Of a stretch of DNA of 64,000 nt, positions 1-12,900 are shown one piece after another (the first letter of the stretch is position 1; each line of letters begins with the position of its first letter). The stretch spans positions 3,933,567-3,997,566 of the forward strand of contig MU053629.1 of assembly GCA_013239625.1 (NCBI GenBank). Reading direction: 5' to 3'. Position numbers and translations under genes: made by a program. The stretch comes from Lama guanicoe. Taxonomy: Eukaryota. The notes beneath the pieces were generated by a model. It worked only from the letters and a program-made list of their open reading frames with translations, did not search any database and was not told where the DNA came from.

Positions 1-1285
1 TTGGAAGGGAGGGGGGCAGAGGGGGGCTGGGGACCTGTGGCTGGGACCTTAATGCCAGGCAGAGGGTGAGGAGCATGCCCTCTGGGGCTGTGCCCAGGCC
101 TGGGCCACAGTAGAGCGGGCAGCCTACAGGAGGCCCCTTAGGAGGACAGTTTCCTGCCAGGGGCTAGGAGGGCCAGCCCTAAGAGGACATCAGGGGCCCT
201 GTCACCCTGCGGCTCTGGGGCTTCCAGACGGGGCTGGGCTGAAGGCAGACAGAGCTGACCTCACCCAAGCTCCTGCATGAAGTTGTCAGCAGTGCTTTCT
301 CCCTTGGGTTTGACTGGACTTTGATCAGTTTCACTTGGAGAAGCTGCGCCATTAAGGGCCTCCGGCAGGTCCTCATCCGGCCTCCAGCGGACCTCCTCCC
401 TCTGCAAAAGCCCCAGCCCAGCCTGTGTGGGAACCCATCACCCCGCTGGGCAGTCATGGGTGCCCACCTGCTTCTCAGAGCCGAGAGCTCAAAGGAGAGG
501 CCAGATGTCAAAACCCTGCAGATCCTGAGAGCCGGCCACACACAAAAGCAGTGAGGAGGGGGCTGCCCTTCAAGACAGGCCCCGGCTTCTGTGTGGTGTA
601 GGTCTGCGCTCAGAAAACTCTTACATTCACACAGTCAGGCAGAGCTGCCCCGAGCTGGAGTGAGAAGGGATTCCACACATCATTCCAGACATTCCTTTTG
701 GCTGTCTGGGGAAACTGAGGCCCAGAGAGGAGCCGCACACATCTGTGAGGGCTGGCGACCTGCAGCCCTTGAGGAGCGATTTCCTTCAGCGCTTAGAGGC
801 CCTCAGCTTCTCTGTCTCACAGGGGGTGCTGTGGTTCTGGTGGAAACCTGCACTTCCTGCCAACAGAGGAAACTAGAGGACCGGGGGTTGGGGGTTACTG
901 GGAGACTCCGCAAAATGCTCAAGGCTGAGGCTGAGACCTCGATTCCGGGCTGGAACGGATCGAGGAGGCCATGTTCCTGACTCTACCCCGCCCTGAGTCC
1001 CCTCTATGGGGTGATTTAGGCCCCCGAATAGTTCAAGTTGAGGCTTGGACTGACCGGGTGCAAATCCTGGTTGGTGCCCCTCACTGACTGTATGGCTTTG
1101 GGCAGGCTGCTGGTGTCTGCCAAACCTTGGATCCTCACCTGTAAAATGAGAAGGTGGCCTCCTCAGAGCTGTGGGAGGACCCAGCGAGTCCCCTGTAGAC
1201 GGAGAAGTGCAGGGCACAGCACCTGGAACGGTGGAGGGGCTCAGCGTTCCTCCCTCCTTTGGATGTACGGGTGCACGTCCTGCTG

Positions 1286-1293
1286 GCGCACGC

Positions 1294-1324
<31 letters not shown>

Positions 1325-1333
1325 TGTGTGTAC
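1286..1333. repeat. Compound (CG)9(TG)11 microsatellite
   Basis: gcgca cgcgcgcgcgcgcgcgcg tgtgtg...tgtac, uninterrupted purine/pyrimidine alternation. Confidence 0.95.
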
Positions 1334-1427
1334 CTACAACATCTGGCGCACAGTAGGTGCCTTGCCTTCTCTGTAGGTCCTTCGTGTGTGTCTGGGGGTG
1401 GGGGGCGCCCCTGTGTGTTAAATTTGA

Positions 1428-2170
<743 letters not shown>

Positions 2171-2454
2171 CACCCCCCCACCAGATATCATCTACCTAGA
2201 TTTAATATAAAGTTTTATATATTATATGGAAATATATATTATACTTGTAATTATGGAGTCATTTTTACAATGTAATTATTTATGTATGGTGCAATGTGTG
2301 TATATGGACAAAACAAGAAAGACGCACTTTGGCTTATAATACAGAGATATTTTCTTTCTTTTCTTCAGAGCCAGGAGGAAAAGCCTGGGTTTGGTGTATG
2401 GTTTCTGAAATATTAATGGCCCAGACAAAAAGCTAATACCAGTCACACGTTGAT

Positions 2455-2490
2455 AATAAAGTATTCGCAATATAGTTTTTTTTTTTTTAA
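2455..2490 (+). terminator. Polyadenylation signal AATAAA with downstream U-rich element
   Basis: AATAAA at 2455-2460, followed ~15 nt later by a T-run (2476-2488). Confidence 0.8.
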
Positions 2491-3169
2491 CTGTCTTCTT
2501 TTTAACAAAGACGGATATGCAGGGCTCTTCAGTGGGTTTCTAACCCATCAGGCATCCTGAAACTTGGTTTCAGTCTTTTACCAGATAAAGAGGGACAGGA
2601 TTCAGGGGGAGGAGGGAGGGCCATCCTGGGTAAGGTCTCGCCATCAGTGGGGGGGCTCATGCTTTGGCCTGGGGAACTCTCAGTCTGATGGAGATGACTC
2701 AGGTCACGCCTCCCACCTCTGAGCTAGAAGAAGACACTGATTCTCACCACTTTGGGGAAATGGCCTGAGGAAGAAAGACTGAGATGGTGGGTCTTGGACC
2801 CACCTACCTGAGCCCCAGGGTGAAACCCCCTTTAGGACCTAGAGAGTCTACCCTCCCATCCCCCCACCAAACCGCTCAGAACCTGCCTGTCTGGGGCTGT
2901 AGTCATGATTTATGCAAAGGCAGGTGGTTTCTACTCTATAAAAGGGGAAAGTTGAGGTCCTGGAAGGGTAAATGACTAGCTCATGACACAGATCAAAGTT
3001 AGAAGTTACATCTAATTGTAGGACTGGAGCCACATTAAATCAGTTTTCACTCTTGAGAAAACTCAAAAAAGAAGGCCTTGTTGGCCAAATAACTAATGGG
3101 AATGCTACATTGTATATCTTCTTTCTTGGGAGATTTACATTAGCCTATTAAATGCTCTGAAAAGTCCCA

Positions 3170-3635
3170 TGTATTATCTACCGCTGCAAAATAAATTATC
3201 CTAAAACTTGGCAGCTTGAAACAACCAACATTTATTATCACACAGTTTCTGTGTTCAGGAATGCAGGAGCAGCTTGGCTGGGTGGTTCTGGTTCAGGGTC
3301 TCATGAGGCTGCAGTCAAGCTGTCGGCCAGGGCTGCAGTCATCAGAGGCTGCAGGACCCACTTCCAAGCTCACTCACGTGGCTGTTAGCTGGAGGCCTCA
3401 GTTCCTCGCCACGTAGGCCTCCACGGGGCTACTCGTGACGTGGCTTTCCCCAGGGCAACTGATCCGAAAGAGAGCCCGGGAGTGAAGCTGCCATCTTTCA
3501 TAACTTTATCGGGGAGGTGTCGCGCCGCTGTATTCTACCGATCACACAAACCATTCTTGCAGTGTGGGAGGAGCTGCACAAGTGTCATTGCCAGGAAGTA
3601 GGAATCAGGGCCACCGAAACGTCCAAGAACTACAC
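3170..3635 (-). mobile_element. MaLR LTR (MLT1 family)
   Basis: aaaacttggcagcttgaaacaac..tttattatcacacagtttctgtg..cagcttggctgggtggttctgg..gggctgcagtcatc resembles MLT1F/G/H read in reverse. Confidence 0.75.
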
Positions 3636-3864
3636 TGCTTTGTTTCCGGAAGTTATTTGCCAAGGGAACCCTTTCACCACTCCTGCTAATCCTGTCCCCA
3701 TAACCAAGGCACACTGGTGCCTCTGGGCTGGCCACTGCTGACTGCTGGACACAGCAAGGCACCGCACACTGAGGCCCTGTCCTGAAGATGCTAGCTGGGG
3801 ATGCTTGCCTCCCTGGTGTATTCTTGACGTGCGGTCGGTCAGAGTGGGAGGCACCCTGGGCTCA

Positions 3865-4065
3865 GGCACTCTGGAGCCGGGTTGCCCGGGTTCAGATCCT
3901 GGCTCTGCCACTTACAGAGTGACTTCAGGGACTTCTCCATGTGCCTCAGTATTATCATCTGTAAGATGGGGACACAATTGTTCCTACCTCAAGGGAGTGC
4001 AGATTGGGAGAATTAAGCACATCCCACAATACCTGATTCTTCATCAGTGCATATCAGCTGTTATT
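3865..4065 (+). mobile_element. MIR SINE
   Basis: ctctggagcc..gggttcagatcctggctctgccactta..gtgcctcagt..catctgtaagatgggg core. Confidence 0.75.
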
Positions 4066-6034
4066 AATACACGGCTGGGGCTGGAAAGGGAGGCCGAGGG
4101 GCCCTTGGTGTCAAGATAAGGAGCTGCCGTGTGGGGTGGGCTGGTGTCTGAATGGGTCAGGGAGGTGATCAGAGCTGGGCTTTAGGAAACTTCTAGAGGC
4201 TTCCCAGAAGGAGGGCCAGGCTGCAGGTAGGAGTGGGTCAGCTGGGCCCTGAACCCATCCTGGCTCTCCAGGACATCGTGCCCACTGATGCCAATCTTCT
4301 GAGAGGGACCTCTCGCCCTCAGAGGGAGCAGCCAGTCACCCCTAATCTCTGGATGTGGAAGGGGTGATCACAATCCCCCTTCATCAAGGAGCAAGAGGGA
4401 CAAGGGTTGACGCTCCCATTTTATAGATGAGGAAACTGAGACCCAGGGCAGGCATGTGCTTACCTCAAGCCTGTAATCATGGATGCTCGGATATGATCCC
4501 GGTTTCCTTCCTCCCACCACGGGGTCTACTGGATGTAGGTCAAACTGACAGCCCCTCCGCATCTCCCAGATTCTCAGAGAGGGGCAGATGACATTGGTTC
4601 TCTCTTGAGTTAAGCCTCTCGGGCCGGCCAGCCCAGATCCTTTCATTCTACTCCACCACCCTCGGGCCCGAGCCTCCTGGGAGGCCCCACCCCCTCTGCT
4701 GTCCCCTGTCCAGGCCTTGGTCCTCCTGGGGAGCAGTCAGCTGAGCTGGGCTGGGCTGGGCTGTGCTGTGTGAGGATGCACTAGGAGTCACTACGTTTGT
4801 CTTCTTTCCAACTCGGTGACTACTAACGCTACCTCACTGTTGGTGAGTCCTTGCTACCCAAGAAGCGACTTTCGTGCATCTCTGATCTTCACAAGAACCT
4901 CTGATGGGGTGCTCTCGGCTAGTCCCCTCTTCCAGATGGAGAAGTGGCTGCTCACACGATTGCTGTGATTTGCCTAAGCTCCCTGGGGGGAAGGACCAAG
5001 CCTCTGTCTCCGATGTCAGCTGGGGGCCCTCTCGTGTGCTGGCTGCGCTCAGCTTTGCTGGAGTGGGCCTGCCCCTCGGGGACCATCTGTGAGCCGGAAG
5101 GGCTGAACTCTGGGGGTCTAAGGGCCTCAACCTCGAAGCAGTCTTGGCCCAGGCCTGCCCTGTCCTGAGGCTGAGTTACTCCCTGAGGTCCTCGGGTAGC
5201 CTCGAGTGTCAGAGAGAGGCCCTGTGGCTGCCTTCCGTCATGGGGGTCTGGGACTCCAGGTCTAGCCCCTGAGTTCGCGTGGGGAAACCAAGTCCCAGGA
5301 AGAACAGGCTGAGTTGCTGAGGTCATCGGTGGCGGCAGGACCTGCCATCCCCCCTGTTTCCCAGTCGTGGTGCTGGCAGTGACTCTGTGGTTTCCCCTAG
5401 ACCACCCAGGGATCTGGTGACTCAGGCCCCAAAGAAGACACTTTCTAAACAAGGGCCGATCCTTGGAGAGTGTGGTGGGAGCCCGGTCCCTGCAGGCCCT
5501 GGGAAGCGAGGTGAGCGGGGCTTACTGCCCCCAAACCCACGTCCAGGCCTGGAGTGGGGGTGGGGGGAATGGATTTCCTGCTCTTGACTAGGTCTTTGGA
5601 GAGGGGTGAGTCCCTCATTGCCCCTTCCTCTCCGTTTCGCAGACCACCCCCATCCAATCCCTTCCCTGCCTTAGTCTCTGGGGGTGTCTGGAGTGGGGGG
5701 GCTGATCTAAGACTGAGAGAAGCAGAGCTGGGAGAAGGGGTGGTGCCTGGAGATCATGTGTTCTCGCTTCAGGTGAGAAAACCCGAGGCCCAGAGAGGGG
5801 TATGAATAGCCCAAGGTCACACAGCAAGTTCATGTCTCAGGACGCCTGGCCCAGCTGCTTCCTCTGTGTCCAGGCGCAGGCTCCCTCAGTGCTCCGGAGG
5901 GCGTGCACACACCTCTGTTCATCACTGGGAACTCCTCCCTTGCCTCCTTCCACCTGGCCTGGAAGCCCCCATCCCACACGCACATTTCAAGCGACTTAGT
6001 TCCAGCTGCTCCCGCCTGCAGCTAGCTGCCTTGT

Positions 6035-6230
6035 TGTAATCCGGGCTCTGCCAGTTACCAAGTATGCGATCTGAGGCAAGTTACTTAACCTCTCTGTGCT
6101 TCAGTTTCCTCATCGGAATAATAGTGAGTATTTCCATCCTAGGGTTGGCAGGAGGATTAAATGTATGAATGCATGTTAGGCGTTCGCAAACTGGCATGTG
6201 GTAAGCTCTCAGCAAGTTTTCCCTAGTATT
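6035..6230 (+). mobile_element. MIR SINE
   Basis: ggcaagttacttaacctctctgtgcttcagtttcctcatc..gaggattaaatg core. Confidence 0.8.
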
Positions 6231-7429
6231 ATTTTGGGGCCTGGAAGGTAGATCTGGTTGGTGAGAAAAGCTTGAGTTGAGGTCTCAGCAAGTACGAGGA
6301 CTCAAATCCAGATCCCTGACTTCGCTGTTGCCTTGGGGCCATCACCTGGCCTGTGTGAGCCTCAGCTACCCCAGCAAGAAAGTAGGGTCAGTGAGCCACT
6401 GGGGCATCTGGAGTTGGAGACGCCAGGGTCTCCCCCTGACAGCTGCAGTGGCCTCTTAACTGGGCCTCCTCCCCTCTCCTGCCCCCTCCAATCCACTCTT
6501 CACCCAGAATCAAATCATGGACTGCACCAAAATCTGCACGCGACAGGGACCTCTCTGAGGTCACAGATGGTTTTTAACGTGCTCTCAGGATAAAGAACTA
6601 CCTCTGAGAAGATCTGGCCCTGCCCCAACTCTACCTGGCCAAACCCCTTCAGATACCACATTCCAGACCTCCCCCTCTCTCTCTCCCCTCTAAGCCTTTG
6701 CTGAAACTGTCCCCCACTCCTGACTAGGCCCCCACCTGCTCAATCCAAGATCTGACCACACCGCTGCTGCATCTCTCCTCCATGGGAGTCTCCTAGAAGC
6801 CAGAGATGTCCTAGGTCCCATTCACCCCCCTGGCCCTGGTCCAGCCCCGTGCTGGGCACAGAGGATGGGCTCCCTGGATATTTGTAGGATTAAAGCGTCA
6901 TGGAGGTAATGGATGTGGGCGTGTTTTATAAACTCTAAAGGAACAAGCGGGCAACCTGCAGGGCTGGAGGAAGAGGGTGTTTATTATTATCATGCTTCTC
7001 CATGACAACCCCAGCTGGCTTTTCCTTACCCCTAAGGACCCTCACCCCCTCCCCTAACCTCAGGCCCAGGTTCTTCAGGTTCCTGTCCTACAGCCTTTTC
7101 TACTCTCTTGGGGGTGTGGTAGCCAGAGTTCTTGGTTTGGGAGAGAGTGTGTCCCTCTGATGATTTAGAACACAAACTCAGAGAACATCTAAGTTGGGAA
7201 GGCCATTAGAGGACATCTAATTCATCACTGTCAGGGAACTGAGGCTCAGAGAGGTCAGGGTGCTAACCAAGGTCACACAGCAAGGCAGTGGCCAGTGAGG
7301 GCCAAACCAATGACTTGGGGCTCCTTCCAGAGCTGACCTCTCAGAGATGCTACAAAGGCTTCTGTGAAGCCAGCATCACCCTGAGCAAAGCAGTGAAGAG
7401 GCAAGGAGGGTAGGGGTGCAGATCATTTT

Positions 7430-7850
7430 TTTGGTTTTGTTTGTTTTTAATAGTGGTAAAAAAAATTATACATAGCATAAAATTGACCAATTTGGCTATT
7501 TTTTAGTGGACAATTCAGTGACATTAAGTACATTGGCATTGTACAATCATCACCACCATCCGTCCCTAAAACTTTCTCATCCTCTATGCTTTTGTCGTGG
7601 TGGTAAAATATATATAACATAAGATTTACCATTTTAACCATTTTTCAGTGTACAGTTCTGTGGCATTAAGTACATTTTCATTCTCTATGCTTTTTCATAA
7701 TATTCTTTTTAAAATTTTTATTGAGGTACAGTTGATTTACAATGTGTTAGTTTCAGGTATACAGCAAAGTGATTCAGTTATACATATACATATATCTTTA
7801 CATACGCTTTTTCAGATTCTTTTCCATTATAGGTTATTGTAAGATAGCCC
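7430..7850 (-). mobile_element. Three stacked L1 3'-end fragments (two L1MB-like, one cetartiodactyl-type)
   Basis: Two gtggtaaaa..ata..accat..ttt..agtg.aca.ttc.gtg.cattaagtacatt segments, then tttattgaggtacagttgatttacaatg..cagcaaagtgattcagttatacat. Confidence 0.75.
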
Positions 7851-8479
7851 TATACTTTTTAATAAAAGCCAAGTGAAGACAAAGTTTTAAAATTCTTTTC
7901 CCTGGAATTTTGAGGACTTGGCTGACTTCCGGTGGCCTGGATAACCCTGAGGAAGTTTATGTCCCCCTGGCCTGGTCAAGGGGTTGGTGGATGATGCTGG
8001 GGAAGGGGGTGTCCCGTCCAGGCTGACCGTCACTAGGGATGTAGGCTGGAACAGCTTCGCAGCCTTACTGTTTTCAACTCAGGTCACAGTGAGGCTAGTG
8101 GAGTGTAGATGAAATGCCTAGAATTTCTGAGTGTTGAGACCGGAGCTCATGAGCTGAGCAGAGGACATAGATGGATTTTAATGTGACCTCCTTGGACTCC
8201 CTGGGGGCAGCATGGGAGACCTGGCTGAGTGATGCTAGGAGATTCCCCTCCCTTACAGGGCTTTAATTCCCTCTCAGAAATGAAAGGGCTAACTAAGCCA
8301 GATGGCCTGATGGTGCCTTCTGGTGGGGGCCTGGGGGCTCTGGAGAGCCCCCACTTCTCACCCCCAAGTCCTATGTCCCAAGAGAGGCAGCTAGGGTGGA
8401 CTTTCATATTAGAGCTGCTGAGAGGAGCTGCGACAGTTGCTAATAACAGAACTCTTACTTTGTTTAGGAATAATAGTAA

Positions 8480-8930
8480 CAGTCATCATTTACTGAGGAA
8501 CTTGTCTACTAGGCACTTTGTAGCATCTCATTTAATTCTTCTCCCTGTTTTAGAGATGAGGCTCAGGGAAGTTAAGCAAGTTGCCCAAGATCACACAGCT
8601 TGTAAATATCAGATCAAGGATTCCCACCCAGATCTCCCTGGTTTCAGCTCCGGTGCTCCTACTCCCCAGCCCTGCCAAGTGATGGCAGCACTTCTGAACT
8701 TGACTTTCCATGACTGCGAGCACACAAGCTATAGAGGCAACTCCGGGGGCTCCAAGGCCAGCCCTGCCTCCAGCTAAGTGACCTTGGGGAAGTTACTTAA
8801 GGTCTCTGAGCCTCCATTTCCTCTCTTTAGACTGGAAACCTCCTAGGATGGTTAAGACGATGAAATTAAATGGGCTTATATTTGTGAAGCAGTTAAACTA
8901 GGGCCTGAGCATAGTAACATTTAGCATGTG
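8480..8930. mobile_element. Two MIR SINEs in opposite orientation (- at ~8480-8650, + at ~8765-8930)
   Basis: gatgaggctcagggaagttaagcaagttgcccaagatcacacagc and gtgaccttggggaagttacttaaggtctctgagcctc. Confidence 0.7.
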
Positions 8931-10204
8931 TTGAATTTTTAAAATACTATGTTTATTGCCAGCTTTTTGGGGTCAGCTTTGTTTGAACCAGCAAATTAAT
9001 TAGAAACGTTTCTTTGTAATAATTTCGCTTTCTATTTCTCTTCATTGAGCAATGAACAAAATGGAGTTTTAGGAATGCCTAGAAAAACACACAGATAAAC
9101 TCCACTGCCTACAAGTGTGCTGTCCGAGATGCTCTTTCCTTAACGTTTTAACAGAAACACGTCAATTCACGAGTTCTTGTAGGGGAGGGGACAAACATCT
9201 CCTCCATAGGCCATAAAATGTTAGCCAAGTTCCTTAAATTGTCTAAAATGGGCAGCCTTTTGGTGCTCTCTAAGCATGTGTGTTGGAAGCAGACCCTTTA
9301 GAAATGGTGACCCCACCCCTAGCCCTGCCTCCTCTTCCCTTGCCTTGTCCACCCAGGGAGTGAGGATGGTTGCTGTTTCTGGCCCTGACGACAACTATTT
9401 TGACACTTGAAGAATCCCCTGCTTTGTGCTGCCCAAAATATAATGTCAATAACCGTCGAAAACCACATCAGATCCCCAGAAAACCGAGTGGCGCCTTGGT
9501 GACAGGCCTCGGCTGGCTCCTGGGCTCTCTTCACTCCGGGGCTCCAGGGGGCTGAGGTCTGACCCTTGGGGCCCCTTGGCCCCATCCAGGCCCACAGCCA
9601 GGGGGAATGCCAGGCCTGGCTCTGCTGAGGGGTGTCCCTGCCCCAGCTTGCAGGGAAGAGGAACCAGCTTGAGCCACACAAGTTTCTAAAATTGAGCAAT
9701 TGTCAGTCTGCATATTTGGATCCCGTTCTGTCTGAGTCTGAGGCTAGAGATCCCCAGGGGTGCTCTGCGAGGGGAGGGCGCCGGCTGGGCCTGGCCCCAG
9801 CCCAAGCAGGCGAAGTCATCAGAATCTTCTGTGACAGTTTCTAGACTTCGAGGGTGGCCTCCCAAGTGACCAGGAGAAGCCAAAGGCCTTTGAGGTGAGT
9901 CTGCTCTTGAATTTGCCATGGCTGGGGAGAGAGGAGCCACGGAGCCACTGAAAACCGTCTTTGAACAGAGATTTCGCCACCCTCTCCATCCAGCCTTATG
10001 CCTGAGTTGCTGCTGCTGAAGACGGAGGGGCCAGCTTTGGAGAGAAGTGAAAGTCTGTGGATGTAGGTTTGAACCCTGGCTGCACCATTGTCCGATCTCT
10101 GTGAACTTGGACTTTTCTCATGTTCCCTCCGGGCCATGGTTTTCTCATACGTAAAATGAGGCTGATGTCCTCTTCCACAAAGGGCCAAGTGAGAAAGCTT
10201 GTAG

Positions 10205-10634
10205 TCTTGGGAGATAATCCTCCATGGGATGCTCTGAAAGTCTTGGAAGTGAAGGCACTGACGTCCTCTGCTCTAGACTCTCTTCAAGGATATACAGCAG
10301 CCAGCAGCCTTAGAAGACAGAGATCGGGTCTCCCTCTGGTGCAAGGGGCAGGCATGTTTACTGCCCGTTATAGAAGCTTTGGGTTCCCCAAGCTCAGGAT
10401 TCCCCTCCTATAATGCACCCTACTGAGTGTGCAGGAGTCACTTGCCTCTCTTTGCGCCAAAAGAAGACCGAAGCAGACCTGATGCTCATGCCGCCAGCTG
10501 GGCCATGAGTCGTAGAAGTCTGTTGTCTCTGACCCAGGAGTCTTGTGTCTTCTGCCTGCATCCAGGAAACGGGGCAAACTAACTTCTTGTCTTACAAATA
10601 GGGTGAAATCTCAGATCCTTCCGAGTTCCTGACA
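10205..10634 (+). mobile_element. ERVL LTR, LTR40-like (5' LTR of the adjacent provirus)
   Basis: Starts tcttgggagataatcctccatggg, contains gtctccctctggtgcaaggggcaggcatgtttactgccc and gtctctgacccaggagtcttgtgtcttctgcc, ends gggtgaaatctcagatcc..gttcctgaca. Family assigned from memory of the LTR40 consensus. Confidence 0.7.
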
Positions 10635-12900
10635 GTGATGAGAATGAGGTACTGGCAGAGACATGTTTTTCTTGAAGAAGAAAGAGGAGGGCCTCCCAAG
10701 GCAATGAATATTGATTTTGAGGAAAGTTCATGGAAATCGGTAGCGAATTTGTTGACCAAATTGTATGGCGATGTGGGCAATAAATGGCCCTCTACTTTAT
10801 TGCCTTTTAAGGAGGAAGAACTGGGGAGGTGGTGGTTGCAGGCTGAGTACTAGGAAGTACATTCAAAGACAGCTGTCAAAATGGTGCCCTGGCTGTGGGT
10901 AACTCTCCTGCGGGTGGTGAGATGTCCTCATCATTCAGCCTCATTTCCTCCCCACTGAAACCAACCACCTCTAGGATTGCTCCTGCGTGGGCTGAGGTGC
11001 TGCAGCCTTTCAGATAGCAGTTAGGGAAATGGGCACTTACACTGAGAAACAGAGGCAGTTCATGGCTGCTGTGGGCAGACGCCGGAGGAATCCTCAGACC
11101 TTAGAGCTGGTCCCAGGAGACAAGAGGGTGGGACACATGACACTTGCTAGGGACCAGTGATGACTCAGCCCCTCATGCAGTCTGTCGTACCAACTTTAGA
11201 TCCATGCAGACACGGCAATCAGAGGTCTTTAAGTGACGGAATTTTGACCTTGTTTGGGAAATCTCCCCGAGCCAGACAAACTTACAGAGGAAACCATAGG
11301 TGAAGATAGGACTAGTATTGGAGCTCTTATGGCTGCAGGTTGGGTTTGTTCAGGGTGTCTACCGGGTGGCTGCAGCTACTCCACCTCAATGCCAGCTCTG
11401 CAGACCAAAAACAGGCACGTAACTGCTCAGTGGGCAGAACTCACGCCTCTCACAGCTGCAGCCAGCACTCCCCTCGAAGGAACTTGTCATGTTTTTACTG
11501 TCTCTTGGATGTAGCCGATGACCTGGCTGTTTCACCTGCTGCTTGGAAAGCTGCAGATTAAAGACCTCCCTCTATGGGGGTCACAAACTGTGGGGACAAG
11601 TTGAGGCTGCTGACGGAACTCCGTGGGTCACAACTGCAGATGCCCACGGGAAGGGTCTGTTCTCTGATGAGACTGACTGGCGTGCCTGCCCTGGCCAGCC
11701 TGTCCCCACTGCTGCCTGGACCTGCCATCCTAGCAGACGTGGCTACGCTCAGAGACCTGTGAAAGCAAAGGATGCCATGTTTCTACACTTGACACCATGC
11801 TGTGACTGCTGCCCAAAGCTGACCTGGCTGTCTCGCAGCGGGCATGGTCCCTGCCCGCTTATGGTGGAATGACTGCCTCGGCCCTTTGACCCAGTCTTGG
11901 GGCTCTGGGTGGGTGCCTCCCTGCTGTCGACACGTTTATAGGTTATGCCAGTCTGATCAGCCTATTCTAGCCATGACGTCGTGGCCCCTGAAACTGACCT
12001 GGGTCATGTTTTCTGCTTTCAGGACCATTTGCAGTCCACAGTGAAGGCACTCTACAGTGGGCTGGTGGTCAAGGTGTTGGTGACCTTCCCTGATCCCTGC
12101 CATCCACAGGGATGGTCTTGTCCAGTCAACGTTCCCAACCCTGACTCCTCTTGGTCCATACACCTGGGTAGGGCAGTTTGGTCATTGACTGTGGCCGTCC
12201 CCTGAAAGGGGTCCTCCACTCTGGGCCACCTCCTGGGTAATGACCAGGATGAAAAGGCTGAAAACAGCGAGTCCGCCCTAATCATGCCTGCGAGTGTACT
12301 TCTTAATTTCCCTGAACGGCCAGCCTGGTTACTGCAACCTGTGTTCGGTAGTCTGACCAAAAGGGGATTCAAATGGTTAAATTTTATTAAAATGCCCTGT
12401 CACTTGTGTACCTGGCCCTTCGGGGAGAAAGGTCTGGGTACCAGTAGCGGATGACTGGGAAAAAGATGAAATTACAGGCACTGGGAGAGAACACACAGCT
12501 TCTGTGATGGTGGAGGAAGAGAAACAACCGGGCACCTGGGAAGGGAGAGTCTGAGACGTGAGCATCTTCCTCACAGCGGGCAGTGCCCCGGGCACCCCTC
12601 CCACACTGGCACGTGTGCCTTACATTCACTGACTGCGTGGTTAGCCACCCCCTGCCAGACACCTCTGACCATGATCTGATCGCCATTTCCCTTAACCTTC
12701 CGCCTACACCGAAAAGGTATGAGAAACACGTGAGATAGCCCCACCTCCCGCACCTCCCGTGCAGAACACCTGCCAGCACTGCTGGATGGCTGCCCCACCT
12801 CACTCCCGTTGCTCAGGCATCTGGTGAGGCTGATTGACGCCATCTAACTGGTGATGTTGACCAAGGGGGTAGGTTGGACTGCCCAGTTTGGGGAGGCAGT
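10635..12900 (+). mobile_element. Degenerate class III endogenous retrovirus internal sequence (possible gag fragment, RNase H, integrase); HERVL40-like
   Basis: Frameshifted remnants: TAQWAEL and HVFTVSW/VADDLAVSPAAWK and VTTADAHGKGLFSDETDW (RNase H); PARLWWNDCLGPL..AVDTFIGYA and WSIHLGRAVWSL (integrase core). G-rich PPT-like sequence near 12865. Confidence 0.8.

Noticed and set aside
4739..4770. Immunoglobulin switch-like (GAGCT/GGGCT) pentamer run
   Set aside because: Only about six units; consistent with an ordinary short tandem repeat.
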